DNA from: Marsupella aquatica
Lineage: Eukaryota; Plantae; Marchantiophyta
Length of the DNA stretch: 64,000 bases
NCBI GenBank assembly: GCA_973895155.1
Contig: OZ316898.1
Span: 7,675,079 to 7,739,078 of the forward strand
Reading direction: 5' to 3'
This document shows positions 45,884 through 60,038 of this stretch, piece after piece. The notes below the pieces were generated by a model. That model ran no database searches and had not been told where the DNA came from. It saw nothing but the letters and a program-made list of their open reading frames with translations. Both the position numbers and the translations under genes were made by a program. The number at the start of each line of letters is the position of its first letter. The first letter of the stretch is position 1.

Positions 45884-48800
45884 ATGGGGATAATGGCGGT
45901 ACTGAGTATAGCATTGACAATGACGGGCTTTACCGGTGGGATCGCCCTCGGCATTCTTGCGGGATACATCATGCTCATTTACTTTGAGCCCGACGTTGTG
46001 AAGGTTCGTTTCCTCTGCCTCATCTAGCGTAATAAGGTCTCCAGCTTAGCGCGAGCACGAGAGATACATTAATTGTGATCTTGCCACTGAATGGTATCGT
46101 AGGCTTATTTGCTGGGCATCTCCCTCTTTGTGCTGCCTCTCAGGTTGTGTTGCGGACTTTAGATGCATATCCAGTGGATTCTTTGTCGCAAGTCCTGAGT
46201 TACTTGCTACTCTGTTCTTGCTGTTTGCGTTTCCGGGCCCTTGGAAACTAACGAAAATTGAAATTTGCTTTTCAAAGATTTCAGTCTCAGGAGCTATCCC
46301 TTTGGACAGCTTGTGTTGTTTTTCACCGTAGTGTAATGCAACAAATAGTGGGACATTCAGGGAGTCCCTGGCTGCAGTGGCCTGCAAAGTAGACTGAAAC
46401 GCATGTATGCAGCGAAACACAACTTAAAGCATTTAGAACTGGTTGATCACTTTCTGGAAATTAGGAATCGTCGCGTCGCTGAGTCTAACAAACGATGGCA
46501 AGCACCACAATATTTGTGGCGGCAATGTGGATAGCTTACAACTTTATGTAGCTTTCTAGGGTATTTCTTGCGAAACCAACGCAGGTGAGCTTGATCGAAT
46601 GCAGCCGGTCGTCGTCGGTTTAATATGTCTCTGTGCAAATGTTCTCCTTCTACCTGAAATTCACCTTGGGAGGCTTGTGCTGGCGTTCTGAGTTGGGCTT
46701 CAATCAGAATCTTTGCACCTCAATATATAGTGGTTTTGTCATTCGTCTCCACACGCCCAGGTTTACCTAAGGAGCAGTCCCACTTTATCTAGTGGAGCGC
46801 TGGAACTACTCAGACTCAACGAATAGCGGGACTTGGGAAAACCGATTCTCAAATTGACATTGTTTCTTGCTACTATTGTGCTGCAGGAGCCTATAGTCAC
46901 TAATTTGCAGAAGCTCGATTTTAAGGGACTGCAAGAACTTCTCCCGGAGATTCCACTGTGGATCAAAAGCCCGGACTACGAAAAGGTGACCGCCTGCTTT
47001 TAATGCGCTGCTTGAGCAGTTCACAAGGAATTCTCGTTATATTTTGTGTGATCAGGAAGGAATAAAATGAATGGCATTTCATGCCACATTATACTTGGGT
47101 TTTGCCAAAGTTTCTGGGGTATGTCTTTACGATTCAACTTCTGATACAAGGGATAGGGTTGGGGCGAGGTGAGGGGAGGGGAGGGGAGGGGAGACATCGT
47201 TAAGCCAATGAAGAGATAGAGACACTTAGAGTACTCATTAATTTTCATCAGAGGTAAAGTCGACGGACAGTTTGAACAACATTTAGTAATTTGGCATCCA
47301 ATTACAATCTTTTTAAAACACTTCCGACGGCGAGACCGACCTGGCTATCCATCACTAGTGACTGCTGTGACTGTGTTACTTGCAGGTTGACTGGTTAAAC
47401 ATATTCATGGTGGAAATGTGGCCATACATGAACAAGGTAATCTCCTCTGTCCTTCGACTATGATACCCTTGACCCTGATAGTGTCTTAAAACACTCCTCA
47501 TGTCTTCTTTCATGAGAAGGATTTCCAGTTTTCTTGCTGGAAAGCTGATTAGGGTTAAGAAGGTTAACCTGTTGAAACTTACGGTCAAATTAGTAGACTC
47601 TACGTCGAGAATTTGATGTGTAACTAATGCGTCATCGACCAGGCTGTTTGCAAGATAATTCGAGAAACTGCAGAACCGTATATAGCAGAATACAAGCCAA
47701 AGTTCAACCTGGAGGCAGTCGAGTTCAAATCTCTTACGCTTGGTACTCTGCCACCAGTTTTCATGGGTACGTTGAATGTTCCGGATCTCGTGGTTGTTTG
47801 ATTCAAATTTCACCGGCACAAGAAAGGGCTATCCATTTGTCCTGCAATGGGTCAATTCTTATAAGTTATGTATTTGTTAGTTTTTTTGGTTATGGCTGAG
47901 GTTCCGCACGACATTGTAGGCGGCAGCATTATCCTTCACGTCATCTCATCCATCTGCTGGAGTCTTTTGTGCAACTTTTTTGACGCTTGCAATTATTGTC
48001 TTGATTAGGAGTGAAGATACATGAAACACAGGAGAAAGAGTTGATGTTTGAAGTGGCTGCCAAATTCGCTGGGAACCCGGATATCAAGGTTTCAGTGAAG
48101 GCCCATGGCCTAGAAGCAGTTGCACAGGTACGTCCTGATCTGAAGCAACCTGACGCGGATGATGGCATTCAATAAATCTCATCATGCGACATATGCCCCT
48201 TAGCTAGTGTCTCAAGGGGGAGAGTAGAGAACGTGTACAAAGGATCCTTTGTACACCTTCTCTACTTTGCCCTTCAGACACCCTTTATACACCAGTGTGC
48301 CTTGTGCTCACGTTCCTATGTAATGGCCTACTGCAGTTGGTGGATGCTCAAGTCTTTGCAACAGCACGAATTACACTGAAGCCTCTGGTTCCAGCATTTC
48401 CTTGCTTCTCCGGAATCTGTGTTTCACTTCTGGAAAAGGTAAGCTGTCTGTAGAGACTGATATTCAAGTATGACTTCTGGTTCGTGGACTAAGATACCGG
48501 TCTATTTCAAAGACTGCTCACTAAAATGGGCTGCAAGAATCCTGGAAGTAATACAATATCATGATTTAGGACTCTAATTATGCTCCAAAATTGCTGACGC
48601 GAAGTACCTACTAGTGAGACTGACGATGAGTGTGAGTTACAACATCTCCTATTAGGACAACGAAAGGGTTAAATGACCGACTTAATCGGAGTGCGACATG
48701 TCTCTTATCGGGAACGTTCTCACTTTCTGACACTGTATGCTGTTGGTGTTGTTCTTTATGATGTGAAAACAGCCCCACGTGGACTTCGGGTTGAAGGTTT

Positions 48801-51349
48801 TCAACACTGATCTCATGGCTATCCCATTTCTCGACAGATATGTTCAGGTTTGTGTTGGAGACCGAATAGAACTTTTATTCCGTGATTGCGGGTCATGGAA
48901 CGTCATGTTACACCTGTTTGTTCAGGATGTGTTGACGGAGAGTTGTCACCACATCTATCCAGTACCTCGAGTCCTTAGACTGGTCAGTCTCAGATGTTAC
49001 AATTCAAAAAGTAATCCGTCATATTCTTTCAATGACTGACGTCCTCGTGCAGTCCAGAGTACTAGAGGCTTTGCGAGATGAAACTTTTAAGAATGGCTGT
49101 GCTCAAGAAGATATAGTTCTACATGGGGAAACAATGAGAATCCGACAGTCGTAGTAAGCTTTGGTGTGACGGAGAAGCTTTGTCCCTAATCAAGTTATTC
49201 TTAATTGCAGGGTATGATTAGGCAGACCGTTGCAAGCATGTACCTGTGGCCAAATAAACTGGCAGTACCTGTAATCAGCCACGAAATGTAATTTCTCTTA
49301 CGCCTAAACTTTGTGTGTTTACGTGTTTGAATCTGAGGTTTTCTTCGATAAGTAAGTCAAGCCAATTGTTCAAGGTGCTTTCTCTGCTGCTAGCATCCTT
49401 GTGATCAACTCTGTGTCCAATAGACAGTCCAATCTGTCTAGGGAGACATACTGCAGACAACCTCTCCCAGCTCGGATTTATCAATAGCATATAGTTCCTG
49501 GCACCAAATGTTCTGCCACGATGATGCACTGGCTTTCACTTTCATCGTCCCAAAAGTAGTCCCTCTCGGTAGGGAACCGTGGACGCCTACTTCCACTCAA
49601 TACTTTATGTATCCTTTCCGAGACCCTCTTTAGGATCCTTTGTTTCTCATTCGATCAGTTTCATTACACTAAAGAAACCTTTTTTATTATTGCGAATGAA
49701 TTATAATTGCGGATGGATTCTATATCTCATACTCTATCCCTCTTTCTTTGCTCGTTCAGAGGTGTAAGAAAAGCACAGGGTGTGTTAGTTGTGACTGTGT
49801 TGCGAGCCAAACAGCTAAAGAAGGCAGATCTTCTAGGGCGGTCCGACCCATATGTAAAATTGAAATTGGCTGATTCAACTCACAAAACAAAGGTGATCAT
49901 GAACAATCTCAATCCAGAATGGAATGAGACGTTCACCATGATTGTGAATGACCCTGAGGCAGATTCCCTTGAGATATCTGTCTGGGACTGGGACCAGGTA
50001 TGAGGCTCTTTGTTCCCTATGTGTGCTTTCCTTACGTTGTCCCTTTCTGTATAACCTTAGCGTTTCGACATGTTTTCTGCAGACGTCTCTCTAATTTCTA
50101 GAGCAAAGCGGCTGACGAAATCTATAATTGAGGTGAGTGCAGGTCGGTGGACATGACAAGCTTGGAGTACAAGTTATATGTCTCAAGGAGCTCACTCCAG
50201 TTACTCAACAAACATTTACTCTCAACTTACTGAAGAACTCTGACGAGAGGGATGCGGCAAATAAGAAGAATCGGGGACAAATTACTCTCGAGCTGGAGTA
50301 CAAGCCATTTGATGGCAACGAAGAGGAAGAGGAAGAGGAAGAAATGGATTTAGATCAAATTGAAAGCCACAATATCAACGATTTCCCCAGTATTCCGACA
50401 GCTCACGTCTCGTTTGATCAACCTCTGACGTCTCCAGCCCCAACAGGAGGGGGCTTGCTTCTGGTCATAGTCCACGCTGCTGAGGACGTGGAAGGGAAAA
50501 GCCACACAAATCCATATGCTAGGATCATATTCAGAGGGGAAAAGAGGAGGAGTAAAGTAAGTAAACGTCTGAGGAAATTTCCTTTAGAACATCCCTAGTG
50601 AGTTCAAGCGAAGCAGCAAGAATCGTCTTCGAAGCAATTCTATTGGTTAAATTTTACAACAACGACGAAATTTGCCTTAATGCGCAACACTCCTTGTTGA
50701 AATCTTTAGGTGTCTGGCTTTTGCAGATTATTAAGCGGAACAGAGATCCCCGATGGGAAGCAGAGTTTGAATTCGTCCTGGATAAATCACCAGTGGCTGA
50801 CCGCTTGCTTGTGGAAGTCAAAAGCAAAGGCACCGGCATCATTCATTATAGGGTACAATCCATGTGTTTTCTTGCTTTTGAATCTTGTTGAAATTAGGCT
50901 ATCGATTATTTCCTATACTTTCGCCGTGCCATTCTTGCTCTAAGGAAGAATTTCTACGTAGTGGGATACCATGTGTTTCTGCAGTATGTAAGCTTGTATT
51001 CTTGTATGCTTGATCATATTTGCATTACCATAAGGAGATATAAACTCACATTTTGTGCTGTAACCAGGAATCACTGGGACATGTAGAAATTGATTTGGCG
51101 GACGTTGTGAGAAACAGGCGCATTAATGAAAAATTTCAGCTACTGGGTTCTAAAAACGGCAAGGTGCATGTGGAGTTGCAGTGGAAGACCACTGGAGGCC
51201 TGTCCTTTAAGAAGAGTCGTACTGGTTTACCTGTGCCACGAGCTTCTGAGTCGAGAGTTGAAAATTCTAATCCGATTAAACCAGGAAAGTATCCTTCAGG
51301 TCCAATTCCAAATTCAGGCCAGCTTCCACAGGGACAGTATACGCCATGA
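45884..51349 (+). CDS. SYT: Plant synaptotagmin (TM-SMP-C2A-C2B), SYT1/SYTA-like, 12 exons, 608 aa
   Basis: Exons 45884-46003, 46887-46985, 47386-47436, 47643-47766, 48009-48127, 48337-48438, 48773-48847, 49211-49287, 49760-49997, 50143-50556, 50727-50852, 51068-51349. All introns GT-AG and frame-consistent (1827 nt). Motifs LPEIPLWIKSPDYEKVDWLN, LTLGTLPP, DLLGRSDPYVKL, NLNPEWNETF. Confidence 0.95.
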
Positions 51350-52827
51350 GCAATCACTGACGACTAAACAATATGTTTTGCTGGTACTTGACCAAAGAGT
51401 GGAAAAACTTTGAATTGGTCCGAAGCTGTTGAGCTTGATCGTGCTGTCAGGTTCCACTTACAGAAATAATCTCTGAAGAGTGCACAAACAACCAAAGTAC
51501 GGGGATGTATCTGCCGAAGATTTTACAGAGAGTAAATGGTCCAAGTGAGATGTTAACTTCATTATTCCGATCACCTTAAACTGGGGCCACCGGAAATAAA
51601 TATGACAGGCTCAATGAGCAGGGTCTCAAGATTAAAACGGAGCAGTCTGGTGCCAACAGCTACTTACTTGCCTCCAGGAGCCTTCACAGGGGTTCTAATT
51701 TCGGTCGTCTTTCCGGAAGATCTTCTAAAGGTATTGAACCCAGATTTGCTTGCTGAAGCATGTCCTGCCGGCGTGATACACGGTACAAAATGAGAGCGAT
51801 TTTGATAGTAGTTGTACTTCATGTGCACTGAATTTGCAGATGTTAATTTATAGATTTAGTTACACTAGATGAATTGGGAGAGGAATTTGCACACTTTGCG
51901 AAACAAGACAATGTTATATCTTGACCGCGAGTCAAATGTGGTAGTGTCTATGGACGATTTCAGTTTCAGTTTTGGACCATTTGATCAGTGAACAGGCTTC
52001 TGTTTAGCTTTAGTTCAGGGAGATCTTATCACAAATCCGGGGAATCGCCGTATACTTCCTCACCCGACTGTTTACTAGGCGACCAGAGACTGCAATGCCA
52101 CGCTGCTTCTCTGTATTAGATGGTTGTCGACAAGCAACAAGCAAAGCTGCGACCATCTTGCTCCGCCGTGCAGCCTGAAGTACAAGATTGCGGACAACTC
52201 TAGTGACCCAATCTTATCATGCACGCGGTGAAAGCTATAATTGGCTGCCAAGACTTAGCCGTCTTGCTTTCTCACGAAGAATGGTTTGGTATCCACATGG
52301 GAAAATCCTCGTGTCAAATTTCCCTGGCTGGTCTTTACTGGGCACTTTACGATTGCCTAAAGTTGTTCAAACTTGCCCGTCTTCCTGTGTAATGAACGCT
52401 TAACGATCGATGTTGGGATCACTATGATGGGAATACAGACTCCGCCTCAAATGCCGTATGAGCAATAGGGACGAGAGCATGGCACAGGCAAGTCGTGTAA
52501 AGATCCATTTCTGTTATGGCCCCAGTAGAGTGGGAGCGGCGAGATTCTTTACTTCTGTATTTCTGCAGTTCTTGAATCGTGGACGGAATATTTGTTGTGC
52601 ACATAGGGATCTCCCAAGGCTTACTGTAAGGCGAGTCTATGTGTATGGTACAGAGTTCTAATGTGTTAAATATACTTGTCGTACATATGAAATCGATCGA
52701 GCTTTCTTGAATAACGTGAGGATTGTGGCGTAATGGATTTGCGCAAAAATTCACTTGTCTAATGGATGGCAATGCATTTTCTTGAATAATTTTCCATTTG
52801 CGCACAAATTAACTGGTCAAAGGGGTA

Positions 52828-53000
52828 ACAGGGATTGTGAACTCATCTGTGTCCAAACTAATGTTCAGACACAGTTGGGCTAAAGGGATATCAAGGATTG
52901 TGAACTCATTTGTGTGGAAAGTCACTGTTCAGAACTGTGGGTTTAGAGGGATAACAGGGATTGTGAACCTATTGGTGTGGAAAGTCGTTGTTCAGAAATT
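52828..53000. repeat. Degenerate ~63-bp tandem repeat x3
   Basis: GGATTGTGAAC....TGTG..AAA......GTTCAGA occurs three times. Confidence 0.7.
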
Positions 53001-54106
53001 GGAGTGTTACAGCAAACGTTGGAATAATCATTTGAATGTTGAGGAGGCCGAAAACTGCATCAGAGGGAATGTAGCTGTAGTGTGGAATAATTTGAAGTAT
53101 TCGATTTTGAGATGGGTCTGGCACATTGGTATTGTTATCGGTGAGACGAAACAAGCGTAGCTTGTTCATTTTCAACATGCCCTTCAAAAGATTGCATTCG
53201 TTTGTCAGTAAGTTGGATGCGCCAGCAGCAGTGTTAGAAATTGGTTAGTAGGGAACACATGTAACCTTGGGGATTCAAGCACATGCTTTCTAGTAAGAGG
53301 GCCTCTGATAATACAATACAGTTTTCATAACCACGTGCGAATTCGATTTTACAGTGAGTGAGAAATGTGGGCCAGCTGATATTTAAGTCATCTGTGCGAC
53401 TGCTGTGACAGTAAGGCAAAGCTTCACGTCTTTGGTTTGAGGGTGACTTACAGCAAAGCATCACAAAATTCTAGTTTCTGTGACTTGATTGTGAAAACCA
53501 TACTACCAGTTTGAATGAGTTCCCTGAATCATGGAGACGTTTCCACCAGTTTATTTTTTTGTCAATAAGAAAGGCTCTGTTACGTCGATAAACCTCAATT
53601 GGCCAACTCGACACATTACACGAGGTTCCAGAAAATCAAGCGAGACTTGTTTAAAGGGATTTAGGCCAGATTACACCCAATTGTTTTCCGTCAGCACTAC
53701 TGAAAGGATTCTGCAGCACAGAAGCTCGTAAAGGGTTATGCCAAGTTTCACTCCGAAGCACCAAACGCTCAAGAATGGAGATAACAACATTTGCCCACAA
53801 AAACCTCAAGGAATGACTACTGAACACCATGCTCTTTTCTGCCTTCAAATATATCTATCCCACTTGTACATCTTCTATTCTCACGAAATGCTCAGAGGTA
53901 CGCTCGACATTTTACTCATCTAAAGCCGAGAATTTTTCCCTTTGTCTTTCCAACTTTGTGCCCAAAAAAAACAAAATCTGGCTCGGTTCCTGCGGACCAC
54001 AATGATGCCCACTTTTGCTCGCCCAGCATAGTAAAATAACCAGCCCGTGACCAAAGCTATTTGGTCAGGTGAAAAAATACATAGAGTTCACACTAGTTTC
54101 ACAAGA

Positions 54107-54282
54107 TCATTTTGACAATGCATCCTCCGACAATAAGTTCTGGGCCATTTTCGGGCCCCATCACACTGGGCCGTTGACAACATCATTTTGACAATACATC
54201 CTCCGACAATAAGTTCTGGGCCATTTTCGGGGCCCATCAAACTGGGTCATATTCGGGCCCCATCACAGTACAGAACCCCTAA
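54107..54282 (+). promoter_or_regulatory. ~75-bp tandem duplication rich in site II (TGGGCC/GGCCCA) elements plus an imperfect telo-box
   Basis: TGGGCC at 54141, 54167 and 54217; GGCCCA at 54231; AACCCCTAA at ~54274. Confidence 0.5.
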
Positions 54283-54450
54283 CATCTGCAGTCGGTTCTG
54301 AACAGCGCTAGCTTGCCTGACCCCCGAAAAGAGGTTTTCCGTTGATCCCATTTTGCTTGTCTATCTATTATCTGAGTTGTCACAGCAGACCAATACGACC
54401 CCGGCACTATCGATCCTTCTGTCTTGTCGGCAGCGCACGACACGGACCGC

Positions 54451-54538
54451 GTGCATGATGAGATGATGAGAGTTGTTGCAACCAATTCGACGATCCATTG
54501 GTATATTGTGTGATGCTATGAACTTCTCACTGAGTCAC
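54451..54538 (+). ncRNA. Candidate box C/D snoRNA with a putative 18S rRNA guide
   Basis: Box C ATGATGA (54455 or 54463), C'-like GTGATGC (54510), guide ATGAACTTCTCA (54518-54529), box D CTGA (54530-54533), short terminal GTG/CAC pairing. Confidence 0.55.
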
Positions 54539-56069
54539 AATTTAGTGTTACTTAATTCGCAGAACACCATCGCCGGGGGGCATTACCCGTGTATTCCCTT
54601 CGCCTCTCCTCCAAGATTCTCGCAGCAACAGTCCGAGGATGGCAACAATATTAATAAAATAAAGCTTTACATGTTCTTTCGTGGGGACTGCGTCTCCTGG
54701 GTCCAGAGGCTAGGTCCGGGTCAAAGCGAGTGGTTGACCGCCCCCATTCATTGGAAATGATTGGGTTCGCTTCGGGCCTGCAGCCGATATGCTTCGCCGA
54801 GAGAGTAGACGTGTGGGCTCCGGAAAAAGCCGTCTGGCTTGCTGGCTTGCTGGCTTGCTTATTCATGTGTTCGTCTGGCAAACCAGAAAACTACCCTTTC
54901 ATGGATCCATCGATCACCAACTTTTCTCAAGCCACGCAGATGTGGAGGATTGCAAGGTTGTTGACAATCACATATAATGAGCGAGCTATCAATTCAATAT
55001 TGTTGTTGTGTCCAGAGGGACGAATTTCGTGAGGGAGAGATGGCTGGCTGCGTGGCTGGCTGCGTGGCTGGGATTTGGGTCCACCCTTGCACCATGCTTT
55101 GGACGCTGTTTCCACATATTTTTGGGGGAGATTTTTTTTCTCGGCACATGTGCCTTCCATTCTATTGGAACAATTGAGCTGGCAAGCACACGCTGAGCCT
55201 TGTCTGAAGAATCTGATGCCTTCACTCACGCATATGGCTTTTGGAGGCCTCCCAGAGCCTGTTTGCCCACAAATCAAATAACATTAGTCTGGACGGCAAG
55301 CTTGCAACTTGCTTGCTTGCTGGAGGCCCTCAAAACTTGCATTATATATATTGGAATAGCTAGGATTCAAGGAAGTGACTTAGGAAGTAGTAGCCTAAGA
55401 CATGCTAGTGAAGGAAACCACTGGTTAGGATTACTTGGTCAATCAACCCAAACATGGTGACCAACCAAACAAGAAGTGTGATCAGGTTTTGCCCGCACCC
55501 AACAAAATTCTAAGGCAGCAATGAATTGGATACAGATTATCACAACAATCATTGTGGGTCAGTTTGATGATTAAAGCACATTTCTACATCTGTTTGATAT
55601 TATACACCTAATGCAAAATAATTATACAAATTGCTTGTCAATTTGATATACCTAAATAATCTGGATGTCAAATGGACATACAATCCACCTTCCTGATGTT
55701 GCAAACTTGAAAGAAAATGTTTTTTCACAAGGACAAAAAGCCAGTTCTAAAGTTTTCCGCAAAGTGGTAGATGGTGGATGTGTTGTCCATCATTTTGTCT
55801 TGGGTTCAGGGTGAGTCAAGGTTCCAACTCAAGATTAACCCCTGTGTGTTTGTATACAGGTTGAAACTGGAATAACACCCAAGACTGGCCTCACCCTGAG
55901 TTACCATGAGTTTGTGCTTCCAACTTTGCAAGTTGCCAAGCTGCATGGAGACTTTGGGCACACTGAGCAAGAGAGCATACTTATGTGTTCTATGTGGCCT
56001 TTGGACATTTGTTAGTGCTCTAGACCATTTGTTTTTCATGACCTTTGCTTCATTGCAGAACTTGGGGCT

Positions 56070-56309
56070 TTAGTTCCCACAAAAATGACATATCACGTGT
56101 GACAAAGGATATGGTTATTTTATTAATTCTGAGGGAAGACTTAAATATTTTCTCATAATAACTACATGATCTCTTAAATCCAATTTTGAAACTTATAAGA
56201 ACATTACTTAGGGTCTTTTTAATCAAAATGTTGGGAAAAATTTGAGAATATTCTAACTTTATAGGGACTGAAAAATACATTTTCATTTTCTTTCTTAGGG
56301 GGTCCGAGG
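56070..56309. mobile_element. MITE/foldback fragment (right arm and right end) of the 41.1-kb family
   Basis: CCACAAAAATGACATATCACGTGTGACAAAGGATA matches the arm at 41300-41355. Terminates TTAGGGGGTCCGAGG. Confidence 0.55.
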
Positions 56310-58772
56310 CCTAAAAAAGTCACAGGTTATGGGGAGGCCCCCATATAGTGAGACCCCCAAGCACAGAAGCAACAACACAGAGGTCTGTCATTACCCAATC
56401 CTCTACATTTGTGGAATAGACAAAATCATCACTTAAACGAGTCACTCATAATTGATATCAACAACATGTATCAGGTATCAGCCTTGTCCATAATTCTTGT
56501 GAATCTCAACTCAGTAACTAAGATTGGGCCTTTGCATCTCCATGTATTTCAGCTAGGCAGCTGAGATTGACTCAATCTCGGCTGACCTAGCTCGCAAAGC
56601 TCGATAGGCATGTGAGCCAAAAAAAATTGCAAAAAAACCAAAAACTTGAAAAAAATGGGGCAAAATCCTGCATCCATATCATATGGACACAGCCCATCTC
56701 AGCTGACCTTGCCAAGATGGGACATCTGTACCATACGGACTACCCATAGTGAATTTGTTTTTTGAATTTTATTTTTTTTGTCCTCAGACTATTTTTATTT
56801 GAATTGTTTTCCTGCCTCAACTCAACTGTCTCTAAGATGACATGACAAATGATATCAGGTTCACTGATGGCCTTGACTATAAGTAATGAGATTAACTTAC
56901 TCTACATTTTCTGTTCAAGTTACTTTGTTTTTCATGCAAGGGGTGCAATCTTTACAGCATTAGCTTTGAGCTTGCCTTCAATGATTTTGTGCAACATCAA
57001 TTGAGTAGAAGTTCCTGCTCCTCCATGCTGTCTGTTTCTTTGCCCAATTAAGTTGCACTTCAATTTTGCATGAGATTACAGATTTTGAGTTCAGCTAGCT
57101 AGTAAGTGACAGTTTTGTCATGGTTAACAGTTCAAAATTGCAGCTTTGTCAAGTGGGATTTCAGATTTTGTTTTGGTACAATGAAGTTTGTTCTGGCCGA
57201 CAGTTCAAATTTTCAGCTCTATGTCAAGGGGGATTTCAACTTTGCTTTGTGTTTTGAATTTTGTTTAGCTAGTGAAGATTTTTGTTTTGTTGGAGCTAGT
57301 GAAGATTTTGTTTTAGTTGAGCTAATGATGAATTTTGTTCCGGATCCCGTTCCCGATGCCAATTCAATATCATGGGGAGAACAATATAAGTTGCAAAGCA
57401 CTCCCGAGAGCTCTCCACACCCGTGTAATGTGAAGTTCATCAAAACTAGGCAGATTTGCACTTGGGAATCCAAAGTTGGATTTTATTTTGTATTGGTGCT
57501 TATAATTTTGGGGTCTTGAGACTCAAAAACAAGTAGACTAGCGAGCCCTTAGGAATCAATTTGGATCCACAAAAGTTGATGTATGATTTGACTTTTTTGA
57601 ATAACAAAGTGTTGGATCAAAGAATCCCATTTTGTATTCAAAGCTGTACTTTAGGGATTTCAAAACCAAAGAGATATATTGCATGAAGTACTTTCTACTC
57701 CTCTGGTCTCCAGGCAAAATTTCCCTTGTTACTAAGTAAAATTGCCTATAATTTATACCTAGAATATACCTTTACAAACAATAAATTGAGACACATCCAT
57801 TGTCATGAGGTTTCCTTAGACATGCATACAATCTGCATATGGGAGATTCAAAAAGATTCCAAAAGCAACAAATAAAAAGCATATAACAATTGGATTTGAA
57901 AATGCAAAAAACTTTGCAAGCATGAAGATTTTCACAAATTTTGAAAAAATTCCCGCAAAATTTGAGGGTAAATGGAGCTAAGATTTTGTTTGATTAAATT
58001 TAATTATAGCACTAATCCAGAAAATCTTTAGGGAATGTATTTTTGGGTGTATTTTCCAGAATACAAAAGTTGTAAGTATGGTATAATCCTTAGATTCTAA
58101 GATAGCATCATTCAAAATTTGAGGTGGAATGAAGTAACTTATAGTATTCAAGATGTAACAGTTTGAGGATGTGATGCTTAAACCATATTATTAGGCTAAT
58201 AATTAATTAGCAGGCAGACTAATAATGTTTAGAATAATCTAAAATTATAAAATATTTGAAAAAACACTTAAATTTTTTTCAAGAAATATTCTAAAAGAAT
58301 TTGGAATCTAGTTTGCTATTTTGAATATTGGATACAATATTGGTTCCAACAATTATTGCCTTGATACCCGTTGGCCCCAACCTTTGTAACCTAAGGGGAA
58401 TAATTGTATACATAATCTCCTTGGTACTCGTGGTGTTATGTATGCAATTACTTGATAAATTCTTCTTTGGTTCCTGGACTCCAAAAGCATATGTCAATGG
58501 ACCTTCATGCTTAGCATAGACAACGTTCACAACATTAAGCCCATAACCCACACTGGTGGACCTAGCCCCCTAGCGTCATCACCAATCCCAACACCCACTC
58601 CTAAGTGCCCTTGGTGCCTGAATACTTCCACAAAACTCCTTGAGCAAGCAACTTGATGCCCCTTGCACTCCTAGCGGCCACTCCCATATGAAGCCGCACT
58701 TGCTCCCTAACACAACCGTTGCTCAACGGTCCTCACTGTATGCACAAGCAACCAAGCACTTTGGTAAGTACC

Positions 58773-58975
58773 CCTTGGGCCCTCACTCCGTATAAAAGAA
58801 GTGGACCCCCTTGCAATTGGGCCCTCTTCCTGCTTACCCCTTGTTATTTCCATTTTACTATAAAAAGTTCCCTTATTACCGGTAATAATTATAATTATTA
58901 GTTCAAAATGAATAAAAACTATTGTTCGAGCGTTTGCACGTCCTCCACGTATTAGTTAAGATTGAGGGCCTAGGG
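58773..58975. mobile_element. MITE with 13-bp imperfect TIRs and TAAGTACC target-site duplication
   Basis: Left CCTTGGGCCCTCA, right TGAGGGCCTAGGG (11/13). TAAGTACC on both flanks. Paralogous empty site at ~59524-59555. Confidence 0.75.
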
Positions 58976-59742
58976 TAAGTACCCCGAAAAGATCTAGACC
59001 TTCCAAGACTAGCATCTTAACTCAAGCTCAACAGACATTGGTAAGTAGATCAGCAAATAGAATCTCCAGGGCCTGCATGGCCCTGCCATAAGCTGAAGCT
59101 AGAGCCAACACCCATTGTTCATCCAGAACAGCCCCTCTTTGGGTGCAGCTTGTGCTTCCCCACTTCCTATTTGTCATTGGCTGGCTGCTCTGCCCCTAGG
59201 ACATGCTCATGGCCCAAGTAGGATAGCTTGTTCCAAAGCTTGTCCTAAAACGCCAGAACCAGATTGGCCTTGACTCTAGCAACCAACTTACGGTAGTGGT
59301 GGATCTTACCACCTACTTAGCGCCCTCCCCAACGCCCTCACCAATCCCAACACCACGCCTAAGTGCCCTTGGTGCCCGAACACCTCAATGGAACCGGGCA
59401 TGGAACTCCTTGAGCAAGCAATTTGATGCCCCTGACACCCCCGGTGGCCTCTCCCATACAAAATTGCACTTGCTCTCTAACACGACCGTTGCTCAACCGT
59501 CCTCACTGTCTACACAAGCAATCAAGCACTCCAGTAAGTAACCCAAAAGGATCCAGATCTTCCAAGTCTAGCATCCTAACTCAAGCGCAACAGACGTTGG
59601 TAAGTAGGTCAGCGATAGGTCCTCCCATTGCCATGAGCCGGAACAAGAGCTGACACCCATTGTTTGTCCAAAACAACCCCTCTTTGGGTGCAGCCCGCCT
59701 ATGACATGGTCATGGCCCAAATAGCGCAGCTTGTCCTAAAGC

Positions 59743-60038
59743 CCCTGGGGAATCACTCGTTGGATTATTAGAACAGGGTGCGAACAAATGAAGGTTATTT
59801 TTAATCTTGTTGGTGTAATAATTATAATCAAAAATTTGTACTAAAGGCGTTTAAAAATCCAATTTTGGTAAAAATATTAGTTTTTATATTCAACAAGGTA
59901 TTTAAAAATTTATCAAAGTCATATAATAAAGGGTACAAGGGTATTTTTAATTGAATTTATTTATTAATTTATTTTTTCAAATTTCATTGGTTTGTTCTCA
60001 CGTGTTTTAGGGGTTTTACTCTAAGTGATTCCCCAGGG
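59743..60038. mobile_element. MITE, 296 bp, perfect 15-bp TIRs and 8-bp TSD
   Basis: CCCTGGGGAATCACT (59743-59757) and AGTGATTCCCCAGGG (60024-60038). CCTAAAGC on both flanks. AT-rich non-coding interior. Confidence 0.9.

Noticed and set aside
51602-51793. Short ORF after the synaptotagmin stop
   Set aside because: Lies in the presumptive 3' UTR with no motif support.
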